The notes: generated by a model not told the origin, from the sequence alone. Positions 36,956 through 49,480 are shown, numbered from the stretch's first letter. The stretch: DNA of 64,000 nt from Scyliorhinus canicula (GCF_902713615.1 NC_052162.1:81817240-81881239), one strand, 5' to 3'. Made by a program: numbers and translations.

Positions 36956-37440
36956 TTGATTAGTCCAAAGTACTGTGTCGTATAAAGTGAAAGAGGGGTT
37001 GTTGATGGTGGGAGTGGATCATAGGATCATTTTTGATGTGTTCCTGTGTGAGTCGCCAATAGTTAAATCTTTGAGCAAAGAAGGGATTTTGGGTGGCAAT
37101 GTATGAGCTGTTCTGGTGATGGGTACCCCATCTTCACGTACCTCCTCTTCATCCTCTTCAATGTTTTCCTCATCCAAAGATGCTTGATGGAGCTGACGAC
37201 CTTCCACCTCCAATCCCCTCCGTTGTGCAATGTTGTAAAACACAATGTTGTAAAACATCATTAATCTGCCAACTCTCTGGCAAATTCCAAGAGAATTGGT
37301 ACCTCCTGGATTGTCGATTATGTATTCACATTTTCAACATTCCAGTGGTTTGCTCCATAACACACCTGATGTTCATATAGATCTCATTGTAGCGCTCCTG
37401 AGTTTCATTGCAAGGGTTCCAAGTCTCATGAGCGAAACTT

Positions 37441-37568
37441 TTTTTTTAATAAATTTTGAGTACCCTATTTATTTTTTTTTCCAATCAAGGGCCAATCCAC
37501 CTAACCTGCACATCTTTGGGTTGTGGGGGCGAAACCCACGCAGACATGAGGAGAATGTGCAAACACCA
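37441..37568 (-). mobile_element. V-SINE, A-tail subfamily, 5' truncated
   Basis: Poly(T) end on plus strand; 16-bp TSD CTCATGAGCGAAACTT / CTCGTGAGCCAAACTT. Confidence 0.9.
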
Positions 37569-37934
37569 CTCGTGAGCCAAACTTGAACAGATCTCTGTGG
37601 ACCAGTCCTTAAGTTGCTCCCAGGAATGTTGAAAAGCTGTAGCATGGTGGCGTCATGACATCTCGCAGAGGATCAGACACACAGCTGAATAACCGTCTTG
37701 TGGATGTACAGCAACCACACAGTTGAATGAACCTCACCATGTGAACATCAATGGAATAGTACCTCTTGTGGTTTATAAAATCCCTTGGTTGCGATGTTGA
37801 TGCTCAGATTGCCAAATGTTTGCCGTTGATGGCAGCCTGTCCTAGCTAGAGAGGCTGCCCGCTGATTCTGCCTATTTGCATCACGGAGTAAACTTTAATT
37901 GTAAACTATGGAAAACAATCCATCCATCACCTTT

Positions 37935-38039
37935 TAGAAACATACATAGAAAGCAGGAGGAGGCTATTCGGCCCTTCGAGCTGCTCCGCCATTCATTATG
38001 ATCATGGCTGATTATCAAGTTCAATACCCTGATCCTGCC

Positions 38040-38071
<32 letters not shown>

Positions 38072-38124
38072 CTATCACTTAATCCCTTTTGCCCCAACAG
38101 CCAAATCTAATTTCCTCTTGAAAT
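37935..38124 (-). mobile_element. CR1 3' end
   Basis: GGGCCGAATAGCCTCCTCCTGCT...CTATGT tail; same family as 63509-63663. Confidence 0.85.
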
Positions 38125-38525
38125 CTATGTGCAGTGGACTGGGAGGTCCTTCAGATGTCTCTGGTAGCACCCTGGTAGGAAAAGGAAGCAAAAGAAAGTA
38201 GAGGGCATCGGTGAACCTTCACAAGCACAGGTAACATATGGCTGCCAAGCCCAGAGGTGAGCGGGTCTTCTTCGAGGAGGCAGCAAATGTCTAGTCACTT
38301 CACATGACGATCTCAACTCTATCGATCTCTGGGTCTCCCATCAGGTAATGGAAGCTTTACCTCTGACTGTAAACCCTGTACTGCACACTGTTCCTGGGAT
38401 GTCAGCCTCTCCTTTGTGCCTCTCCCCTGTCCAGTTGTTGCTCTCCCCATCGCACATCAGCACTTCTATGGATGGCAACGATCTGCTGATGTTACTGCTA
38501 AAAACATCCAAGAAGGTGTTTTTAA

Positions 38526-38864
38526 GGGGCCTCACGGTAGCATGGTGGTTAGTATCAATGCTTCACAGCTCCAGGGTCCCAGGTTCGATTCCCGGCTGGG
38601 TCACTGTCTGTGTGGAGTCTGCACGTCCTCCCTGTGTGTGAGTGGGTTTCCTCCGGGTGCTCCGGTTTCCTCCCACAGTCCAAAGATGTGCGGGTTAGGT
38701 GGATTGGCCATGCTAAATTGCCCGTAGTGTAAGGTTAATGGGGGGATTGTTGGGTTACGGGTATACAGGTTACGTGGGTTTAAGTAGGGTGATCATTGCT
38801 CGGCACAACATCGAGGGCCGAAGGGCCTGTTCTGTGTTGTACTGTTCTACTGTTCTATGTTCTA
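38526..38864 (+). mobile_element. V-SINE with alternative CR1 tail
   Basis: Tail GGCACAACATCGAGGGCCGAAGGGCCTGTTCTG...(TTCTATG)n; AAGGTGT TSD. Confidence 0.95.
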
Positions 38865-39019
38865 AGGTGTCTGATATCTTGCAGTTCGTTGTTTGGAAAA
38901 TTCTAAATCTGAATATTGAAAAGGACTCAGTACTAAACTACTAAAACTACAGCAAAACTGGCAAAGGAGTTGAAATGGCAATGGTAAGTTGATAGGCTCC
39001 AAAGAAAACAGCTGAATTT

Positions 39020-39122
39020 TCCTCCATTGACAAAGAGTCATCCAGACTGGAAACATTATCTCCGTTTTCTCTCTCCACAGATGCTGTCAGACCTGTCCAG
39101 CAGTTTCTGCTTTTGTTTCCCC
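39020..39122 (+). mobile_element. Penelope pLTR fragment with degenerate hammerhead
   Basis: TGACAAAGAGTCATCCAGACTGGAAAC...CTCTCTCCACAGATGCTG; homologous to 52585-52676. Confidence 0.7.
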
Positions 39123-39225
39123 CATTTCACTGGCCAGTTTCCTGAGCCAGGAAAGCTAAGCTGCTGGTGTTGAATCAGGACAGTGACATTATTTTGAAAA
39201 GATTTTCATCTGCATCTGAGATAAT

Positions 39226-42037
39226 GGACACGATTCTCCAGAAAGATTTCTGAGTGTTGTAGTGAGCGGGAACTGCCGCGAGCTTCCCGGCGCTCAGCCC
39301 AGCAAGGCCGGCAATGCTATTCAACGTTAATTGGACCAACTTAACAAGGCCTCACGGGCTCCTCACCGCAAATGAAGGCTCGCCAGCTGATTCGCCGGCA
39401 CCGTGCTCACCAGCTAACACTTAAGCTGCACTTGCTCAGCCAACCCCAGCCAGCTGGCAATAATGACGCCCAGGAGACCGACCCAAGATTCGCGGTTGCA
39501 GATCTGGGGCGGCGTTTAGATTCAGTGGAGGCCGGGAGGGATGACCTGTTCCCCAAGGGGCCTGAAGGGTTAGCCACAGGGCAGCCAGTGCTGCCTGTGA
39601 TGAGGCTGTGAGTGCTGGGAGTGTGACCAGGAGGACTGGCATTCAGAAAAAGATCAGCGGCCTGCACCAGACAGCACGAGTAAGTAGGCATTGTCCCTCC
39701 CCATTCCCCCCCCCTCCCCCACCCACAAAGACCTTTCTGCCCTCACGTGAATTTCCACCCCCCGACTCTCCATGCGACCCCAAACCTTCCCTCGATCCCC
39801 TCTTCTCCCTTCAACCCCACCAACCTTGCCTTCACACACCTCCATCACTGTGAACTACGCATGTGTCTAATGATGCTCTCTCTGTGCCTCCTCAGGAAAT
39901 GCTCTCCCACAATCACCAGGAGAGGGCCCAGATTGGCGGTGATGTGCCGGACATTAGAATCTTCACCACCTCTGAGGAGTGTGCCCTGGAGGTGACTGTG
40001 GGGGCCGAGGACAGAGCAGCCACCAACGCAGAGGCTGGTGGACGCCACAGAGGTGAGAAACCACTGTGCCCCAGCCAAACGACCTGTCAAACGTGAGCTG
40101 TTATTGCCTTACCCATCCCTCCCACTGACCACATGTCCATTCTCCCGCAGGTCCTCCAGCTGACCCATCCCAGGGGACACCCTCTCCACCCTCCCGGAGA
40201 ATACCTCGGAGGAGAGCTCTGAAGATGCCACAATCGAGGTATCACAGCAGTCATCCCCACCCTCCACCAGCAGAGATACAATGAGATCGAAATTAATATC
40301 GCGACATTCAGAGGGAGAATTCAATGACACTGCGCCAGGCCAATGGCCATTTGGAGGAGTCCCTGCGGTTACGGGCGCAGCCGATGTCGCCGGCAATGCG
40401 TGTCACCGAGACCAACACTGCTAGTGTGGCAACCGCTGTGGAGAGCCTAGTGTATTATGTCGGCGCACTTAGTGAAGGTGCCAAGGCGTCATTCAGTCGG
40501 TGATGTCTATGGCTGAGGGTGACGGCAGAATGTCTGACTCGATGGGGGATATGACCCAGTAGCAGGCTGACCTTGATGAGGTGCTGCGGGACATGTCCCG
40601 CTCTCAGACGGGCATGGTCGAGGCGCTGCGGAGCTTGTCCCCCTTGCAGGTGGGCATTGCCAAGGCACTGCAGACAGACCCAGTCACTGAGGAGCATTGC
40701 TGAGGGAATTAACACTTTGGTGCAGACCAAGGGGAACCGCCAAGGCTGGTAGAGCCAGATGACGCAGGGGAACCGAGGCTCGAACTAGCTGCCCCTCTGT
40801 GAACCACAGGTCTCGCAGCCAGCAACCAGAACAGAATGGCACGGCTGTGCATGTGCCGCTGACAAATGAGCCGGGGCCCTCCAGCCCCAGAGCCCACAGT
40901 GGCACACTGCCAGGGGCATCGAAGGTTACAGGATGATACAGGCAGCTGGCTGCGTGCACCTCTGATGTGCATCCTGGGTACACACCTGGATGTAGTAATA
41001 GAGCTAGGAGGACCAAGCACATCGAAGGTCCCTGAGGGCACTGGGGTGGGGGGGAGGGGTGTAGGTAGGGGGTGGGGTGAGTGGGGTGGGGGAGAGGGGA
41101 TGGCACCATCGGGAGAGTGGGGAATTGCTACATACAATAAACAGCTTTGTGCACAACCAGTATGACACCTCTTCTGCAAAGCGGGCGACCTCCAAACCCT
41201 TGGCCCATCTCTGCAGGCATCTCCCCCCTCCACGTGTCACTCACTCACCCTCCGGCCGTGGACATGTCCCCAGAGCTGTGCCCCATCCCCTGGGTGTTCA
41301 GATGTTGGCTGCAGTGTGTGTGTGTGTGATGTTCTAGCACAGTGTCCAGGCATCAAAATGTGATTGGGCTGCTAGACAATGAGCTGCACATGTTTCATGC
41401 CCCACCCACCCACGGAAATCTAGTTGGGTTGTGTGACGTGCTCACGTAACCACGATTGTCCATTCCCTATTAGCAATAGCCTCCAGCTGCACGGCCAGAG
41501 GCTTCAGAAGTCTGTGGGGGTTATGGGTAGTTGATGGGAAGACCGGTAGAGACAAGGGTTGCCCCCGGTACACATGATCCAGTGTTTGGCGTACTGGTGC
41601 CACGCATGGTTGACCCCCCCAGCGCCCCCCACATCTCTCATGGCGGCCCACCTCTGCAGGGGGTCCCCAACCCTGCCAAACACTGGGGTGGCAAGCCCAG
41701 CACTCCCGGGCTCTTTGCCTCTGAGCAAAGATGGCTACTCATCTCCTCGGCTCCCCACAGAAGCCCTTCTGCCAGGTTTCAAAACGAATACTAAACATCG
41801 TCAACATGACCACTTGTTGGAGAGGCCGCTGAATGTCGGGAGGACGTGTGATATGGGGTGATTCTCATTAATTGTGTAGAAAAGGGCTTAAGTGGTGATA
41901 ATCGGCTTCTCGCCACACTACGGCGAGATCCCGATTTCGTCTACCGGAGCGGACCGATTGCATCGTAAACTGTTAGGCACCTGGCAATGCCTCATTTCGC
42001 TCGAGCAAGAGCGCAACGCAGTTGGAGAATCACGCCC
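39226..42037. mobile_element. Harbinger/PIF transposon 3 (Myb gene only; no transposase recognised)
   Basis: TIRs GGACACGATTCTCC / GGAGAATCACGCCC, TSD AAT/GAT. Myb gene (+) from ATG 39463 (PRFAVADLGRRLDSVEAGRDDLFP); apparent introns 39680-39895 and 40053-40150 (GT-AG). Confidence 0.85.
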
Positions 42038-43293
42038 GATACCATCATTGTCCAAACACCTGCATAATGAGCGCTCCAACTCCAGTGAGCAGGTTCCTCA
42101 CATACATACCAAATTGTATCGGGAACAACAATTTATACTGCACAAGAAGAGTGTTGGTTGGTTGGCCAAGCAGAGGTGAAACCTCAATAGTTAGCACTTT
42201 AGAGTAGGGTTGTGATCAGAACTATTTTCCCCTCAATGTACTCATTCAGCCATTCCAAATGCACACCTCCTTGTTAAAATTACCTCAGCTCTTCTTGGAT
42301 AGTTTGGAGCTTTCTCATTTGAGATCACAGCTAGAGAAGATACTGTGGTCAATGTTTTAATGAAGCCATTCACATTTTGAGATAAACCCTCATCGCCAAA
42401 GGCTGAGCAATGACTTAGTTTCTTTTTCAAGAAATCAATTTGGGGACGCTTGTCAATCTTTGACCGTGTTGATGGGATGAATCACCAATCTAGCTTCTAT
42501 TACCCATCAATTGACATTCCAAACTATGTGAGCACTGTAGGTGACCACACCACAAGAAAGAATGAACTGTCATAAAGTAGAGTACCCGCTGTAAGACTTC
42601 AATTGTAAAGGAAATCTTAAGATCTCCTTTCAAGACTTGCTGAAATGTATCTAGTTTCCAGAGACTACTCACTTTCAAATGAGTATTGATTTGTCTTTAT
42701 CTATGCACAAAGCTTCCCATTTCCTAGTGAAAAGGACTGATGAGTCCTATCGTACCTGAGTTGGCATGCACTTGAAGAAATCTACTCCAAACAAATATAC
42801 AAACAAGTATTAACTTTCAAGCAATTTCTTCAGATCAACGACGTGAACTATCAAAAAAGTCATTCGAACACATGATTTTCTCCTACTCGGGACTCTTAAG
42901 GTACGAAAGGAGTTCGATAAGTTAAAAGGGGAGATGAGTCGCAAATAAATCTAATGAATTTACAAATTCCAAGAATTACTATTATTGTGTACTACCGAAA
43001 AAAGGCACGCGTTGTTGAAGCTTTCCATCTTGCACTCATGGGGACGTTCACAAGAATGTCACATTGTAAAGGGAAAAATAATTAATACTGCTTGAGAAGA
43101 GAGTACTGATTGGTTGGCCAAGTAGACTCTGATTCGTAGAGGTGTTTCCATACTCCTGTTCCAGACTACCAATTGCCTATTTAAATACTATTCTGGGAAA
43201 TGCCTACATGCAAATAGGTGGACAAAGGAATGTAGAAAGCGCCAGTTAACTAATAACTGACAGTGACCTGCCAAGCTTTGTTTAAATTCAAAC

Positions 43294-43476
43294 ATGGCTG
43301 AGTGGTTAGCATTGTTGCCTCATGGTGCCAAAGACCCGGGTTTGATCCCAACACCGGGTCACAATCCATGTGGAGTTTGCACATTATCCCCATGTCTGTG
43401 TGGGTCCCACCCCCACAACTCGAAGATGTGCAGGGTAGGTGCCACACTAAATTGCCCCCTAATTGGATTTTTTATT
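43294..43476 (+). mobile_element. V-SINE, A-tail subfamily
   Basis: 13-bp TSD TTTAAATTCAAAC (43281-43293 and 43477-43489). Confidence 0.9.
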
Positions 43477-43666
43477 TTTAAATTCAAACTAGGCAGGTTG
43501 ACTCTGATTGATCAAGGCATTGCCCTGGGATAACTCAGTTATTAGTTATCCAGTGCATTCTTCATGACAACACCTGTACCAATCAGCATCTGCTTGGCCA
43601 ACCAACCAACACTCTTCTTGTGCAGTATAAATTGTTGTTCCCGATACAATTTGGTATTCTTGCGAA

Positions 43667-43702
43667 TTGTCCTGATGAGTGCAAGACAAAAAGCTTCGAC
43701 AA
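43667..43702 (+). ncRNA. Minimal type I hammerhead ribozyme motif (this copy has G12 changed to A)
   Basis: TTGTC-CTGATGA-GT-GCAAG-AC-AAAA-AGCT-TC-GACAA: stem I TTGTC/GACAA, 2-bp stem II, palindromic stem III. Confidence 0.65.
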
Positions 43703-44023
43703 CGTGTCTTTTCTCAGTAATACTCACATTCGGTACTACCAAGTACTACCAAATGACTGTTTTAATACGATTCTGGGAAACTCGTACATGCAAATAGATT
43801 AACAAAGAAATGTAGAACAAAAGCAAAATACTGTAAATAATAGAAATCTGGCGTAAACCATAAAATGCTGGAAAGTCTCAGGCAGTCAGATAGACCAAAG
43901 AAAAACAGAGTTAATAATTCAGGTCAACAACGTTTCGTTAGAACTGGCAGATGTTAACAATAAACAGTGTTTAAATAGTTCAAAGCCAGAGGAAAAGGAT
44001 TTAAGGAAAGTGAAAAAGGCAAG

Positions 44024-44673
44024 GGGTTAGATTCTCCGTTATTGGGACTGTGTCCCCACGCTGGGGTCAAAACTGTGGAGTTTCATGCCACAAAAACTGG
44101 CATGAAAGGGCCACATATTTCTAGCCTGCAAGGGGCTAGCAGGGACCCGGCGTAGATCCAGCAGCTTTTGCTGCAGATACGGGCCCCCGCACTTCCGGGT
44201 CGGAGGCCGCACACGTGCACAGCAGCGGCCGCGCCGTGCTCCACGGCGGACTCAGACCTTGGAGCTGGACCCTTAAAATAAAGTGCCCTATCAGCCTCGC
44301 GCTCGACCCTCAATGCCCGCATAAACATTTCCCGGCCGCCTAAAGGCCCCCCTGCCCTCCCATCAACCCCGTCCCCGACCAGTGCGGCCGCGTACTGAGT
44401 CCGCAGCCGCCATTCGAGTATCCCGACCGAGTGGACCACATTAGATCCACACCATCGGGATTTCGGCCGGTCGGGGGCGGAGGATGGCGGAGCGGGCTTC
44501 TGGTAATGGCCCTTGGTACATCCTCGGTGGCACGGGGTCCTCTCCGAGAACACCACTTTTTGGGGCCCGCAGAATAGGGGAAGCGACGCCGTTCCCGATT
44601 CTGTGCGGGAAAATGGATTCTACTCCCCCACGCTGGCCACGGTTTTGGCTTCGGGGTGCGGAGAATCCAGCCC
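44024..44673. mobile_element. Harbinger-type MITE
   Basis: TIRs GGGTTAGATTCTCC / GGAGAATCCAGCCC, TSD AAG/AAA. Confidence 0.85.
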
Positions 44674-44973
44674 AAAGTCTCTGATCGCATGGAGGCAAGG
44701 GCTGGAACTTTCCACCAGCTCCCTCGTCAGGGCCTGCGAGCCATTGAAATCTCCAGTCACATCAAAGAGACTGGAAGATCCGGGCGGCGTGAGGAGCTGG
44801 AAAACCCCGGCCCAGTAGTGATTAAGTAGCAAAAGGGAGAAAGACACATGCAAAAGGGGCAAGTAAAGAAACAAAAAATGTGTTAAAAAGAAGTTGCCAT
44901 GGCAACAGAAGAGAAGCAGAAAAGGGAAACACAGAAAATCCTGGCCTGGAATTGTGGCAGCAGAAAAGCAGGT

Positions 44974-47220
44974 TGATGCATTATCAATTACGACGAGATG
45001 AGAGTAGAGTGTAATTGAGGCTTTATTACGCAGAGATGTGTAGCCTCCCGCAGCTGCTGCCAAAATGGCTGCTGTTCGGAGAGCCCACACATTTATACTC
45101 AGCCTACTGGGCGGAACCAGCAGGCAGGGATCTACCCCCATACCTGTATGACAGGGGTCTTACCGTAATACACCTCATATGCCGTACATACAGTACAACA
45201 GTGGTGACTACCACGTTCACCTCCTGTTAAAAAAGAGTCCGGCGGGGGTGGTGGAATGCTATCTACATGTCGCCGTTTAACATTTTAGGAACAGTTCCTA
45301 AATTCAGATGATTGGGCGCCTTGATCCGTCGTTGCGAGCGCCGCTGTCTCAGTGATGATTCAGGCATCGGCTCGGTCGTCGGTGATACCGAGAGCGTGTC
45401 GACCTCATCCTCATCCACGGGTGGGACCAAGGGCAGAACGGATCGTCCTGGAGGGGGGGCTGTGGTGGGGTGCGCTGGGGGAAGGGAGGGTGGGGCAGAC
45501 GGGGGGGGGGGGGGGTGTATGTGGGGACCCAGCTGGTGCCAGATCCCTAAGGGAGACAGTGTCTTGGCGGCCGTCGGGGTACGCTACGTAGGCATACTGC
45601 GGGTTTGCGTGAAGAAGCTGTATCCTCTCAACCAACGGGTCCGCCTTGTGAAGCCACACGTGCTTGCGGAGGAGAACGGGTCCTGGAGCTGCCAGCCACG
45701 TTGGGAGCGAAACCCCGGAAGTGGACTTCCTGGGGAAGGCAAAGAGACGTTCATGGGGAGTTTTTTTAGTTGCCGTGCAAAGGAGCGATCGAATGGAGTG
45801 AAGGGCATCAGGGAGGACCTCCTGCCAGCGGGAGGCCAGGAGATTTCTGGACCGTAGGGCCAGCTGGACGGCCTTCCAGACCGTCCCATTCTCCCTCTCC
45901 ACCTGCCCATTTCCCCGGGGGTTGTAGCTGGTCGTTCTGCTCGAGGCAATGCTCCTGCTGAGCAGGTACTGGCGCAGTTCATCGCTCATGAATGAGGATC
46001 CCCGGTCACTGTGGACGTAGGCGGGGAAACCGAACAGAGTAAAGATGGTGTTGAGGGCTTTGATGATGGTGGCAGACGTCATATCGGGGCATGGGACAGC
46101 AAAGGGGAATCTGTAATATTCGTCGACCACGTTAAAAAAGTACGTGTTTTGATTGGTAGAGGGTTGGAGACCCTTTGAAATCCATGCTGAGGCGTTCAAA
46201 GGGGCGGGAGGCCTTCACCAGGTGCGCTTGGTCTGGCCGGTAGAAGTGTGGTTTGCACTCCGTGCAGACCTGGCAGTCTCTGGTGATAGCCCTGACTTCC
46301 TCGATGGAGTTGGGCAGGTTACGGGCCTTTATGGAGTGATAAAAACGGGTGACACCTGGGTGACAGAGATCGTCATGCAGGGTCCGGAGTCGGTCCACAT
46401 GTACCTCGGGATAGGGAATCGGGGGTTCGTTGAGCTTACCGGGGCAATGCAAAATCTCGTAATTATAGGTGGAGAGCTCGATCCTCCACCTCAAGATCTC
46501 ATCATTTTTTATCTTCCCCCGCTGTGTGTTGTTGAAAATGAAGGGAACCGACCGTTGGTCAGTGAGGAGCGTGAACCTCCTGCCGGCCAGGTAATGCCTC
46601 CAATGTCGCACAGCTTCTACAATGGCTTGGGCCTCCTTCTCGACGGAGGAGTGCCAAATTTCGGAGGCGTGGGAGAAGAATGCCACATGTCTGCCTGCCT
46701 GGTTGAGGGTGGAAGCCAGAGCGACGTCTGATGCATCGCTCTCGATTTCAAAGGGGAGCATCTCGTCGACCACGTGCATCGCGGCCTTGGCGATCTTGGC
46801 CTTCATATGGTCGAAGGCCTGGTAGCCTCGGCCGTCAGTGGGAAAACGGTGGAGTGGATGATTGGGCCTTGGGTCCGCATAGTTAGGGACCTACTGGGCG
46901 TAGTACGAGAAGAACCCCAGGATTCGTTTGAGGGCCTTGGGGCAGTGGGGGAGTGGGAGTTCCATGAGGGGGCGCATGCAGTCGGGATCGGGCCCTCGGA
47001 CTCCGTTTTGAATCACATAGCCGAGGATGGCTAATCGGTTTGTGCTGAACACGCACTTCTCCTTGTTGTACGTTAGGTTGAGGAGTTTGGCGGTGTGGAG
47101 GAATTTGGAAAGGATAGCATCGTGGTCCTGCTGATCATGGCCGCAGATGGTGACGTTATCCAGGTATGGGAAAGTGGCCCGCAGTCCGTACCGGTCAACC
47201 ATTCGGTCCATCTCCCGTTG
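44974..47220 (-). mobile_element. 5'-truncated Gypsy element: RT-RNase H-IN remnant plus 3' LTR
   Basis: LTR 44974-45215, PPT at 45216-45225; RT FPYLDNVTICG, RNase H ESDASD and TDQRSV, IN VHSDRGSSF and GNGQVERENG. Frameshifted. Confidence 0.92.
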
Positions 47221-47385
47221 GGGGCAATTCACATATCCTGCAGAATTGTAGGTTGCGGGGGTGAGACATACGCTCCAGACATGGGGAGAATGTGCAAACT
47301 CCACACAAAGAGGGGCCGGGATTGAACCCTGGTCATCTGCGCCATGAGGAAGCAGTGCTAACCACTGCGCCACCATGCCGCCCCC
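47221..47385 (-). mobile_element. V-SINE 5' part abutting the Gypsy truncation
   Basis: GGCGGCATGGTGGCGCAGTGGTTAGCAC head; tail is lost at the junction. Confidence 0.85.
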
Positions 47386-48057
47386 TGATCTCATTACATT
47401 TTGTGCCTTAATTTTTGTCAGCTATAGCAGAATACTGGCTTTACATATTGAAATTAGATGATTCTGATAGGTTTTTTTTGGTTTGGTCTGTCTTAAAAAA
47501 ATATCTTCTGCCAGAGATGGAAGCCTCCAGCTTTCACCTACACAAACCGGTTAATCCAACATATCAAACGATTTAACTTCATCTGAGAGACACAAAGCAA
47601 TTCTGAATTCACTCAGCACCTCACTTCAGGAGATAATTATTTACTTTAGTACATTTCAATCATTTGAGTAGATTTGCTGTAGAATGATTAAATGGCAACC
47701 TTGGTTTGTCTCAAAATTGATGTGCTCAAAAGGAAAACTGTGGCTTGCAGATATGAAGGAATTAATCTGCCGTGGTATTTTACGCAGGGAGTCAGGACCA
47801 TGGACCTTATTCAGTTGAGGTGAGGTTAGAGAGCAAGGTCAGGAGAGGGTGGAGAGGAAGACAAGAAGGAGAGGCACCGAAGTCAGGTGAAGCAGAGGTG
47901 ACCAAGGTGGAAAGAAAGGAGTAAAAGAAGGTATAATATCTTCAGCAGTCCCGAGAAGGTGAGGGTTATTACAGAAAGGGAGATCAGGTGGAGAGTGGAG
48001 ACAGTGTGACGGATAGATAGAAAGAAGGTGGGGAGCAGGATAGAAGAAAGATAGGGG

Positions 48058-48541
48058 TCTGTGGCCACGCATGCGGCTGCACTGTGCAACATGGCGCCGG
48101 CCACACGCGGGCCCGGACTGCAAAATAGTGCCCCCCCCCCCTTTGGCCGACCCGCGAGCACTGGACCACCCCTCGCAACAGTGCCCCCAGCCCCTGCAAA
48201 AGTCCCCTCACGGATCGGCCCTCCCCCGATTATAGCGACGCTGGACTGAATCCGCAGCCGCCACGCCGAGTTCCCGACAATGAATAGAACACGTGACCAA
48301 CGCCGTCGGAAACTCGGCTGGTCGGGGGCAGAGCATCGGGCGGGGGGGGGGGGGGGGGGGAGGGCCTCAGGCAATGGCCCTGAAGCCGTTGATATGGCTT
48401 GTGGCTTACTCCTAGAGTTCCCTGCTTTGGGGGGAGCAGAGCATGGCGAAAGCGGCGCCGCCCCCGATTTCATCAGAAACCGATATTCTCCAGCCGATCG
48501 CCAAACGCAATGTCAGTGTCGGCGATCAGAGAATCCCACCC
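48058..48541. mobile_element. Harbinger-type MITE, right part
   Basis: Right TIR AGAGAATCCCACCC; body similar to 44024-44673. Confidence 0.7.
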
Positions 48542-49084
48542 AGGGTGGTGGAAGAGGTCAAAGGAGAAGGAAAGTAAGAAAGGAAGACACAGGTTATCCT
48601 TGCCACAGGTTGTGGAAAGTGCAGGGGAGGATTGGTGAGCTGCAACCGAGCACTTCATGTAAATATTGAGAGTTTAAAACATATGGGAATGGGAATGGCT
48701 TCAAAGTGTCTACTTGCCTTGCTGATGTTGGCAGAGATGGCTGCTTTCTCTCAAGGTTGAATCAAAGCATTCCTGCCTTCTCTGGGGTGCTTTCTGAGGT
48801 CGAATGGAGGTTGCACGTTACTAATGTGACTGGAAATAGCAGCCAAGAGACACCAGGTGAATAGTGTGTATAAGTAGGGATAACGCATGAAGATTGGTTT
48901 GCAGTATAAAAATCTGCATTCCTGCCACAAGAGGTTTAAAATACAATTGACATCTACACACAGTTAAATCTACAGCTGCATACAGTATTAACATTTCTGC
49001 AATATTCTATTTTCATAGCCAGAGCTCTTTGAAATGCAAAATTGGCCACCATCAGTATTTGTGACATTAATACTTTCATAAAAG

Positions 49085-49480
49085 AGGACTTGTGACGCAG
49101 TGGGTAGCGTCACTTCCTCTGAGCCTGATGCTCCTGGTCTAAATCCCAACACATGACTTGATGGCCAAAGAAAGTCAACATGCAGAATCCTTCCAACGCG
49201 CCAATGGCTGGCGGCAAGCACTGATAGGCCCTCGCCAAAGGTCTCCGAGGTGAAGTGGTTAGATCCCAATGTCACGGGTAGATCAGGCGAGCTGCAAGTT
49301 AGAGTGAGACTAGCTAGTCACTCTAATATGCAGATTTGCCAAATACGGACCCTGCCCACAATGGCCGGGATCCAGATCGCTACGTCTCGCAAGGGGTGGG
49401 AAGCCGAGTCGATCCCAGAAGAGGCCTCTCCCGGCATATACCGTCCGCCCGAACGGGGGCTCGGCCGGTAGATCACACCC
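49085..49480 (+). mobile_element. tRNA-SINE head fragment joined to a MITE fragment
   Basis: GTGACGCAGTGGGTAGCGTC tRNA-like head; ends with TIR-like AGATCACACCC. Confidence 0.45.

Larger units (their letters stand above)
37020..38450 (-). pseudogene. Old Harbinger transposase, interrupted
   Basis: Collinear minus-strand remnants: YRVYSQR, RFTDAL, FINHKRYYSIDVHMV, RCHDATML, FYNIAQRRG plus acidic tail. Confidence 0.6.
42985..43820 (-). mobile_element. Penelope-like 3' remnant with inverted pLTR (hammerhead family 2)
   Basis: 42990-43150 and 43565-43725 are diverged inverted repeats, each with a hammerhead-like motif. 43165-43238 is repeated at 43745-43818. Confidence 0.7.

Noticed and set aside
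42734-42910. CTGATGAGTCC...CGAAA as another hammerhead
   Set aside because: The core halves are about 160 bp apart and the stems do not assemble in the required order.
46891-47394. 167-aa ORF fusing SINE sequence to Gypsy RT
   Set aside because: Chance in-frame junction at a deletion. The RT is partial and downstream frames are broken.
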